A stretch of DNA of 64,000 bases. Origin: Trypanosoma brucei. Its lineage: Eukaryota. The notes below the pieces were generated by a model that had not been told where the DNA came from, did not search any database, and saw only the letters and a list, made by a program, of their open reading frames with translations. The stretch covers positions 1,248,001 through 1,312,000 of the forward strand of contig CP000071.1 in the NCBI GenBank assembly GCA_000002445.1, read 5' to 3'. How positions within the stretch are numbered: the first letter of the stretch is position 1; the number at the start of each line of letters is the position of its first letter. A program made the position numbers and the translations under genes. This document shows, in pieces, positions 9,778 through 18,034 of the stretch.

Positions 9778-12700
9778 CTAAACCATACGCAGCGCTGATT
9801 TCTTCTGCTTTTTCTTCGCATTCTTATCTGTCTTTGATGCAGCCGCCACGCTTGCACGTGATGTAGTGCGCTTGGCTGGTTTTGCCAATTCCCTTGATTT
9901 GTTCCTTCCACGCGATGAGGCCGCTGTGGTGGAGGATGAGGAAGAGGACCTTTTCGGTGTTACTGACTGTACAGTCCTCTTTAGATTTGCTTGCTGCTGC
10001 TTTGGCTTCTTTTCTGGCACATTTGAACGCTGGAGAGGCTTTCTGCCTCTTTTCCCGGTAACAGCCTTGGTGCTACTACCCTTCCCGTCAGTACCACTAC
10101 CGCTGCCGCTACCACTGACCCTGCCTCTACTTCTACCTCTACCTTTGTTATCCCTAGTTGCCTGTTCTACGTCGCTTTGTTCCTCCACCTCTACCTCTTC
10201 TACTTCCACCACCTCTATCTTTTGGCCACTAACTTTTCCGCGCTTCACCTCTTCCTGCACCTTCTTAAGTTCTGCAGCTGGCTCCCTTGCGGTACTAGTA
10301 GCCCTGTTCCCCATGGCACTATGCGTTACGCTGGAGTTACTTTTCCTATTGAATGGTAAAGGGGCTGTAATCACTGCAGGTCGGGAAGTCGAGGCGCTTG
10401 GGTACGCAGCAATGGGGGCTGTCGCGCTCGACCTATCACTCTCTTGACTGGAAGCCGCCGCCGGAGTAACGATATCATGCAGCCACGCCAGTGCATCTTC
10501 TTGAGAAGCCGTGGCCGCTGGATGCGGTGTATTCTCGACGGCAGGTATGCTGCTACTAATAGGATTTCCCACTGCTACACTTTCCATTGAGGCTGTTGTT
10601 GCTGATGGGTCCTGTGCAGGCGTTGCGGGATACTCCTGCGCACTACTGGAGAAGGCGTCATTCATCATAGCCTCCAACAACTCTGCTGAATCTTGTATAG
10701 GATCACCGCCAACAAAATCATCGCCGGTAGGGGCATCGTGAGGTACGGCAGCACCGCTTTCCACTCGTTCCATCTCTGGTCTCCGTGATCCCTCGTGCTC
10801 ATCATCAAGTATGTCCACCATCAGGGCATTTGGTGGGAGCACTTCCGCCCGGTATGGTGGCAGAACGGTGGCATCTGGAACCAGCTGCATAAGCGTCGAC
10901 GACAGCAACGACTCGAGTTCTGCCTGGGAGGCCACCACATCTTGATGGACATGGACGTGGTAAACGCTTTCTAACTCGTCCAGAATATCATTAAGGGTTC
11001 GGAACTCCTTGTCGATGCCAAGGATCTCCTGCAAAACGCGTAGCCGGTCAATGACACTATCTTCAAACACAGCACTCAAGTCTAAGAAGTAGGGAACAAT
11101 GGGGACAGGTGTCGCGGTGAACATCTCATCTGTTGTCAGCACCGACACCCGACTATTCGCCCCTTCACCACCGTTGCTGACGCCACCCATGCCGCTATTT
11201 GTAGATGATGCTTGATCCACGGAAACAACACTAACATAGTGGACTGTTTGTATCCGATGTTGTGGCAGAATATTCTTCTCAATGCAGTGCAGAACACCAA
11301 GCAGAGCTTCCGCAAACCGATAGCTGATATTGCGAAGCGCTTCCGTCGTGGTGACCAAGTCGTACAATGCCAACGTTGTGCCATCAACAAAAACAACATC
11401 ACACCCACCGTTCAACCCCACTGACGGTCGGAACGGGAAACGCTCTAGTAGTGTATTTGCAAAGAACGCCCTGTACGCCGATCCAGCTTTTCGGACAGTC
11501 TCTGGTGTCGCTTTCATAATGGTCGGTATTGCGCTTCCCCTTTGTTTGGATCTTGTTGGTGAGGCAAGTAACGGGAACCCATAAGGAGGAATCTTAAGGT
11601 TCAGGTCTATCTGCACCCCAGAAACTGCTACGGCGCGTAGAAGCAGCGCCCCATGCAGAAGCACACGCAATGCATCACGTTTGCGCACGCTTGTTGTACC
11701 CATCGGACTCACAACGGCACAGTACTCAGCCCACACTTCGCCCCAAGCCCTTACGATGGGTGTCTCCCGAGGGGATTCCAAGGGATCCTGATGAGAAAAT
11801 ATGGTAAAGAGCGCAAATGGATGGACTTGACAGGCTGTGTGGTTGTAGGGAACGATGAGCCCGTCCCGTTCATCCTGCAGCGTCGTATCGACGTCTCTGG
11901 TTAGGTACCCGGTAGGACTGCTTAACTGCCGCTGTAGAAGTTCTACAAGTCGCATCCGCGCTTCAGGCGGATTCCGCAGAAGGTAATTTCGCTGGGGCAG
12001 GTCCGCAAAAAGTTCGCTCGGGACATAGCTTCGAAGCAGGGGATGTGTGCCACTCCATTGCATCAGCCGTGGTGCACCACCTCGCAAGTCCATAAGCGCG
12101 GCACGCCCGGACCAGAAGACATCCAATGTGTAACCCAACAACCCCGGACAGTTCTTTAGCACCTCGTACATCAGACCAGAGAAACCAAGTCGGAAGCGCT
12201 GGTGGAGGGCGTGCAGCACGGAAACCAGTGGTAATACACGCAGTCGTTGCTGTAATCCGATGCCACTTGCTAAAGGGACAAAATAGCGCCGAACAGGGGC
12301 GTCAGCGTGAACGAGAAGGACCTTGCTCACATGATGTCCCGTAAAAACCATGTTCAGCTGCCCTAGCGCAACCGTCACCTTTGACAAAGCGGTCTCCACC
12401 ATATCTTGTGTAAACTGCTGTTCGTGTTGCGCGTGATGACCAACCCCGGAAGGCGCTGGGGATGGAATGCCTGCAGCCTTTATGTCACTGGCCGCACCCT
12501 TTTCGACGTTTTGAGGTGAATGGTATTGGGGATTCTGTGGCACTCCAACCCCCATCGTTGCTTCACCCGCTGACAATTGGAGTGTACTGTTTGTGTCCAT
12601 GCTATTCATTAGGCCACCAGGATACGTCAGCTGAGGGATGTGGTGCTCCATGCAGTCCAGTACTCGATCGATGTCATCCACAAGAATCGCGTGCAGCGGC

Positions 12701-14847
12701 GGTGGTGCACCTTCGCAGTGACCTCGGATGCGGATACGTTTCTGGTATAGTTCCCACGACCAATTGTTGCGGTTGGCCCACCACATGACGGACTGCGGAG
12801 CGCGGGTGAAAATTTCCTCTGTCCGAACAAGGTAAGGACAAGAGGCAAGAGCGACACGAAACCAGAAACGCGGGGCGAATGCCAGTGGGTGATCATCCAG
12901 TCCCGGTGCAAACGGTGTGGTGGACCCACTATAGCGTACAGTGATGGCGGTCCTACCGCTTTCTGCCATACGTTTCGAGAGGCGCTCAAGAACGGAAGTC
13001 TTGCCGCACGAGTGCCCCGCCTCAACGAAATGGAGCTGCTTCGACGCGGACGACGACATATAGTAGCCGCTCAACACGGAGAGTAGACGCTCCTCCACAA
13101 GCTTCCCCGCACCAAAAAGTTGCTGCAAACCCAGAGCCTCTGCTGCACTAAATCCTTTACCCAGTCGATCGGCACCCTTAATGGCGTCAAACAGTGTGGT
13201 ACGGGCTACACGTATGGTATGACGCTTCAGCCTGTGAAGGACGGAAAAATACTCATTCTGCACGGGGTTTCCCTGCCAGAGCTCGGGAGATGAGGACGGT
13301 TGCGGACTGCCACACCACTCACCGAGGGTCACGTTATAGTTTGTGCTACCTGTGAGGAAGACTCCACCTGCCAAAGTGGGAGCCGCCACATCCAATGCCG
13401 ATGGTGCGTTCCCGCTCACAATCATACTGTTACCACCGGGGTGCGCCCCTGAAAACCTCGTGCTATCCGAGTGTGTGAACATCTGGGTACTCATTGCAGT
13501 GCTAGGGCTAAACCCCCACTCGCCGGTGTTATGAAAAACAAAATAGCGTACGGGGATACTCTGCAACTGCAATGCCGATGCAGTCTGTCGCAGCAGGCCG
13601 GGAAGACGCTCCAGTGCGAGAAATCCGTAGTCCCGCAATGGGTGTAACTCCTTTGGCATATTGGGAGCTTGTGTCTCCAGCACCCTTAACATGGCATCAC
13701 TTAGAGTTGCATATGCTTTTTCGCGAATTTCTGCTTCAGCCTGCGGGTCGAGAGAAGCTTTCATCGCCTCATTGTCTTGTGCACCCATGTGCCGCTGCAT
13801 CATGTATTCCCTGCGCACACTTGCTATCACCTTCTTAACTAGACGGTGGTAGTGTTCTAATGTGCATATGTGCCCCGTTGAAGCGCCGTCAAATCCAATA
13901 CCGCCGCTCTGCAACATTGCATGGTTAGCTGGTATATTCAGTGAATCGAGGATAAATTTACCAATAATGTCAGCAGCCCACAATACCAGCGTATCCTCCA
14001 GCATGTTACTTGTATTTACAAGTTTAACCACCTCGTCTACGTACGTTTCGACGCTTTTATCCACGGCGGCATCCAGTAGACTGCGTGTACAGGAAGAAAC
14101 TTTTACCAGGTTGGGCTGCTCTGCCCACTGATAAAGTGTTGTGATGCCCGCCAGCCGCAGCGCCCTCAGATCATAATGTGGCGACTCCAATGAAAGACGG
14201 GAAACCTGTTTGTAGTGTGAGCTCTCCAGCAACCATTCGAGCCATGATCTCTTCCCATTGAGTGCCGCAAGCTGCCTTTTGGGCTGCATAGATGCAAAAT
14301 CCGTCAGGGAAACGTTTTCCACCCCCTCCGCGTTGGGGTCAATGAGAAGCCGCACAATATCGGGCAGCATCTCGGCTGCAAGGGATTCATCCGCTTTAAT
14401 GATATCTCCAATGCGTGTATCTAGTGTGGGGCCTGTAAGCACTGGCATTCGACGAGTGGCGGTGGCACGCATTGGCCCACATTGGGCCGCTGTGCTCTGC
14501 AGCACGCCAACGTTCTCCGGCATGATTCGTGCGCCCGCTCCCACTCTACTTGCCTCTTCCTCCATCATGGTAATGCTGAGGATGCCATCTAACTCTGTGG
14601 ATGAAGGCATACTCAACGGGGGTATGGAGGGTTTAACATTTAACATTGACGGCGGCACTGGGGTTGATGCTGCCGGTTTCGTTGTCTGTGCCCCACGGAA
14701 CCATGGTAAATGCGGAACACTATTTCCAGGAGGTGTGTAAGAAATCTTCCCCAAACTTCCAGTGTTATGCACCTGGTGTCTCATCAGTCCAGAAGTCCAT
14801 TGAACCGGCACCGCGATGACCGGCGAGATGACACGACGTCGCAGCAT
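9778..14847 (-). CDS. Large hypothetical protein (1689 aa) with P-loop NTPase motifs; paralog of the 4921-8271 gene
   Basis: It shares the N-terminal block (LLIDPNAEGVENVSLTDFASMQPKRQLAALNGKRSWLEW...ALRLAGITT) and the C-terminal block (PPYGFPLLAS...FFANTLLERFPFRPSVGLNGGCDVVFVDGTTLALYD...FAEALLGVLHCIE) with the upstream gene. A Walker A motif AGHSCGKTS lies at about nt 12994-13020 and a Walker B-like LHAILVDDID about 100 aa later. The C-terminal tail is basic, S/K-rich and low-complexity. Confidence 0.7.
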   Translation of the reverse strand: MLRRRVISPVIAVPVQWTSGLMRHQVHNTGSLGKISYTPPGNSVPHLPWFRGAQTTKPAASTPVPPSMLNVKPSIPPLSMPSSTELDGILSITMMEEEASRVGAGARIMPENVGVLQSTAAQCGPMRATATRRMPVLTGPTLDTRIGDIIKADESLAAEMLPDIVRLLIDPNAEGVENVSLTDFASMQPKRQLAALNGKRSWLEWLLESSHYKQVSRLSLESPHYDLRALRLAGITTLYQWAEQPNLVKVSSCTRSLLDAAVDKSVETYVDEVVKLVNTSNMLEDTLVLWAADIIGKFILDSLNIPANHAMLQSGGIGFDGASTGHICTLEHYHRLVKKVIASVRREYMMQRHMGAQDNEAMKASLDPQAEAEIREKAYATLSDAMLRVLETQAPNMPKELHPLRDYGFLALERLPGLLRQTASALQLQSIPVRYFVFHNTGEWGFSPSTAMSTQMFTHSDSTRFSGAHPGGNSMIVSGNAPSALDVAAPTLAGGVFLTGSTNYNVTLGEWCGSPQPSSSPELWQGNPVQNEYFSVLHRLKRHTIRVARTTLFDAIKGADRLGKGFSAAEALGLQQLFGAGKLVEERLLSVLSGYYMSSSASKQLHFVEAGHSCGKTSVLERLSKRMAESGRTAITVRYSGSTTPFAPGLDDHPLAFAPRFWFRVALASCPYLVRTEEIFTRAPQSVMWWANRNNWSWELYQKRIRIRGHCEGAPPPLHAILVDDIDRVLDCMEHHIPQLTYPGGLMNSMDTNSTLQLSAGEATMGVGVPQNPQYHSPQNVEKGAASDIKAAGIPSPAPSGVGHHAQHEQQFTQDMVETALSKVTVALGQLNMVFTGHHVSKVLLVHADAPVRRYFVPLASGIGLQQRLRVLPLVSVLHALHQRFRLGFSGLMYEVLKNCPGLLGYTLDVFWSGRAALMDLRGGAPRLMQWSGTHPLLRSYVPSELFADLPQRNYLLRNPPEARMRLVELLQRQLSSPTGYLTRDVDTTLQDERDGLIVPYNHTACQVHPFALFTIFSHQDPLESPRETPIVRAWGEVWAEYCAVVSPMGTTSVRKRDALRVLLHGALLLRAVAVSGVQIDLNLKIPPYGFPLLASPTRSKQRGSAIPTIMKATPETVRKAGSAYRAFFANTLLERFPFRPSVGLNGGCDVVFVDGTTLALYDLVTTTEALRNISYRFAEALLGVLHCIEKNILPQHRIQTVHYVSVVSVDQASSTNSGMGGVSNGGEGANSRVSVLTTDEMFTATPVPIVPYFLDLSAVFEDSVIDRLRVLQEILGIDKEFRTLNDILDELESVYHVHVHQDVVASQAELESLLSSTLMQLVPDATVLPPYRAEVLPPNALMVDILDDEHEGSRRPEMERVESGAAVPHDAPTGDDFVGGDPIQDSAELLEAMMNDAFSSSAQEYPATPAQDPSATTASMESVAVGNPISSSIPAVENTPHPAATASQEDALAWLHDIVTPAAASSQESDRSSATAPIAAYPSASTSRPAVITAPLPFNRKSNSSVTHSAMGNRATSTAREPAAELKKVQEEVKRGKVSGQKIEVVEVEEVEVEEQSDVEQATRDNKGRGRSRGRVSGSGSGSGTDGKGSSTKAVTGKRGRKPLQRSNVPEKKPKQQQANLKRTVQSVTPKRSSSSSSTTAASSRGRNKSRELAKPAKRTTSRASVAAASKTDKNAKKKQKKSALRMV

Positions 14848-15322
14848 CCGCAGGTGGGCGCTCTATGATTTGCGTACTTGCGAACCAAAATAGGTGCGGT
14901 CGTTTCAACTAATTAATGACGATCTTCACGATGGATATACACATATACCATTATCATTTTTTTTTGTAGCGTCGGTATAGGTCGACGCGGAAAGAGAGAA
15001 GGAGGTTGAGGTGAGGAACAAAGAAAAGGAAAGTGTTTGCGAATAAGAATCCAAGTATTTAGTGGTTCCGTGTACCAAAGATCTTAGAAAAGAAGGGATA
15101 CGCGACGGTACACCACAAGCGTACCCGGCTACGCGCACAAGGACACCCAGTTCAGTTATTCCCCTTTACTACCATCCTCACTGATGCACCAGTGTCACGA
15201 GCTTAGGGAATAAACAGAAAATCAAGTACGATATATGTAACAGAGGATGGAGGCGGTCACAACAACAACACCGGAAAACAAAAAAAAACAAGGACTGTTC
15301 ACCTCCAGTCCAGCAATGGTCA

Positions 15323-16753
15323 TTACAAAACGAACTTGTACGGCTTTCCGCTCATACCAGGAGCAATCACCTCAGCATTCTCCCAAATTTCCGCAGCCCT
15401 TTCTTCGTCCAGTCGAGCTTCTTCGATGCGACCCAACGCTTCGCGTGCCTCAGCACGGAGTTGAAACAACGTCGCACACCGCTTCTGATTAACAAATCGT
15501 AATGCCCTTGTTAAATCGTCTTCAGCACGGTCGTATGATTTGAGTTTGCAATACACCATACCGCGGGCAGCGAGGACGGCTCCAATCGCCTTGCGATGCC
15601 TTTCTTTCTTAAGATCCGCTCCTTCATTGATGAAACTCATGCACGCCGTTAGGGACTTCAGGGCTCCTGCTGGGTCATCTTCATACACTTGTATTTTAGA
15701 CCGGGCGTACATTGCCATAACAAGTGCCATAAGCTTGTCGAACTTCGCATGCATATCAACACCAAATTTTTTCTGAATGTGTGCCCGCACCTTTGGGTGC
15801 TCCAACCATTTTTGAAAGAGGTCGATGTCCCGCATGTAGCGATTCACAAATTCGTGCGCTTTCTTGTAGTCCTGATTTTCTTCAATGATCATATGCGCAC
15901 CGTGCAGCAGGCCCCAGTGCACGAAACCATTGAACTCCTGCCGCTGCTGGATGTTTTCCTGCCCCTCACGTTGCGGTTGAAGGAGGTAATCCACTTGGTC
16001 CTCAACAAGTAAAGGGTTACCAAATGCTTCTAACCGCCGTCTGTCCTCATCAACAGCCTTCTGGATGTCAAACATAACTTGTCCATCCACAAAACCCTCG
16101 TCATCAATCTCATCCACTGCGGGATCGAAGCTTGGTGGCGGAACAAACCGACGGGTTTCATCAAACACCTCATCAGCCATATGAAAATCCGGATTGAGGA
16201 AGAAGTTATCGCCAGCATAACTCAGCTCCAACGGCTTGTCAGGGCCGTGCACCTCTTTCATTTCCGGCACAAACATGCCATCAAACTTCTTCTTGTTTTT
16301 GTCTAGCGGAGAAGCAAACATTCTCCCCGACCAGTTTTGATTTTCCTCCGGCCACCAGCGCGCCATTTCAGACTCCGATTGCTCCGGCAATGGCTCTTCA
16401 CCACGCCGCTGGGCATCTGTTGCCCGTTGCTGCTGTTGACGCCGCTGCTCAATGGCAACTGCCTCGCTCTCCCTTCTGGTGTTGTACTGCACACCACCGG
16501 GAGTTGCTGCAGGGGTTGTTGGAGGTGGTCGGGGCGGTGGATTTTGGGACGTCATGCGGCTCGGGACGGAACCACTTGTACTACTGCTTACACCTTCACG
16601 GCCAGATGCATCTTTGCAATCACATAAACAAATACGTGTCAAACTGCAGGTTAAACGCTTCTGCAGAGTGTTGACTAGCACTGGTGTTAACCCCCTCTGT
16701 CTGATGCGGTGGTTGAACCACATAAACTTGTCGCGCCGTTTGTGCCAACGCAA
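15323..16753 (-). CDS. Hypothetical protein with C-terminal TPR-like helical repeats (start codon uncertain)
   Basis: The 476-aa ORF has a P/Q-rich N-terminus and an acidic middle. C-terminal TPR-like helices are AMYARSKIQVYEDDPAGALKSLTACMSF and AARGMVYCKLKSYDRAEDDLTRALRF. The first Met of the ORF may lie upstream of the true start (internal Mets such as MTSQNPPP and MARWWPEE exist). Confidence 0.5.
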   Translation of the reverse strand: MRWHKRRDKFMWFNHRIRQRGLTPVLVNTLQKRLTCSLTRICLCDCKDASGREGVSSSTSGSVPSRMTSQNPPPRPPPTTPAATPGGVQYNTRRESEAVAIEQRRQQQQRATDAQRRGEEPLPEQSESEMARWWPEENQNWSGRMFASPLDKNKKKFDGMFVPEMKEVHGPDKPLELSYAGDNFFLNPDFHMADEVFDETRRFVPPPSFDPAVDEIDDEGFVDGQVMFDIQKAVDEDRRRLEAFGNPLLVEDQVDYLLQPQREGQENIQQRQEFNGFVHWGLLHGAHMIIEENQDYKKAHEFVNRYMRDIDLFQKWLEHPKVRAHIQKKFGVDMHAKFDKLMALVMAMYARSKIQVYEDDPAGALKSLTACMSFINEGADLKKERHRKAIGAVLAARGMVYCKLKSYDRAEDDLTRALRFVNQKRCATLFQLRAEAREALGRIEEARLDEERAAEIWENAEVIAPGMSGKPYKFVL

Positions 16754-17640
16754 AAATATCCGTCAGTGGTCTAAGGTGGCAAAAACCGGGGAAGGCGCAA
16801 CAAATTCTGCCTCCGCCTTCGCAGTACCGAAATAAGTTCCTCCCCACCCCACGGATGATGCCCCCACAACTGAAAACTTGAGTTAAAAAGTGAGTGAAAA
16901 GAGAGAAAGGGATTAACAGATGTGGTATGATATGATGCGTAACATACGCAAAGGCTGATATAAAGCGTAGAAGGAAGCATCTGCGAAACGTGGCAGAGAC
17001 CAAGTAAACCAACATTATGTACTAGAGATAGCGATACTGAGGCTGCACAAGCGCATCGCTACGGATTCAAAAGTTTTTTTTTAAAAAAAGGAGAAAAAAG
17101 GGAGCGAGTTAACCCCCCCTTCCCCTCAAGAGGCACCTGGTCCCTGAAGACCAGTGAATGAGCAGAAAGAACTGAATGTTGCTCAGTTTCTCCTCCCCCT
17201 TTCATCCATCTCGATTATTTCGTGACCCCGATCCCGCTCACAAAACATTGTCGCTCACTAAGGAACGTCTCAAAATTTATGCGCCCTGAAACTTCATTTC
17301 TGCCCCCTTCCCTCACCTAGGGGAACAACAGCCCCGGGTGAATAACAGGAAGTGTTAAATTGTACGCCAGTTTGCAGCACAAACAATGCCAATGATTTTT
17401 TGAAGCGTCGCATAAAGTTAAAACGAAAAAAGAAAACATGACAAAATACAATTTTAGTAGGAATAACAACCCCACCTTATTTATTTTAAAAAATTATTAA
17501 GAGAAAAATCACCAGCAACAAAAGAAGCAAAACATATGAAAAGCAAGATACCACATCCCCATATACTGATGGCAAATGTGCAGACTTCGAATTACTCTAC
17601 AGATTTCATTTATGTTTTAACAGCACAGCCGGCTACTAAC

Positions 17641-17644
<4 letters not shown>

Positions 17645-17687
<43 letters not shown>
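17645..17687. repeat. (AT)21 microsatellite
   Basis: A perfect alternating AT run of about 43 bp in intergenic DNA. Confidence 0.95.
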
Positions 17688-17691
<4 letters not shown>

Positions 17692-17935
17692 TTGGAACTT
17701 CACGCACATATGAGGATGCTCACACACATTTGGCACCCACTGAGACCATCGCCTACCGAAAACCTGCACGCCTTCCTCCAAAAGTTCGCTTTGTTTTGCT
17801 TCCCCCTCAACAGACCCGTTCCCCTTTAGCACGGAAACGACCACTTCGTTTAAGTTAATTATGGTGAATGCACCGTGGAAACAATGAAGAAAAAAGAGCC
17901 ACGCCAAAACAATAAAAGAACCAACTAATCTGAAA

Positions 17936-17938
<3 letters not shown>

Positions 17939-17976
<38 letters not shown>
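17939..17976. repeat. (AT)19 microsatellite
   Basis: A perfect alternating AT run of about 38 bp, 251 bp downstream of the previous (AT)n. Confidence 0.95.
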
Positions 17977-17978
<2 letters not shown>

Positions 17979-18034
17979 TTTATATACGTATACTTATCGG
18001 AAATTCCAAGACCCTGCTTCGCTCGAAAAGTTCC

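Noticed and set aside
9866-10447. 193-aa plus-strand ORF
   Set aside because: It is antisense to the basic or acidic low-complexity tail of the 9778-14847 gene.
17617-17940. 107-aa minus-strand ORF containing IYIYIYIYIY
   Set aside because: The reading frame runs through the (AT)n microsatellite, so it is an artefact of the repeat and not a gene.
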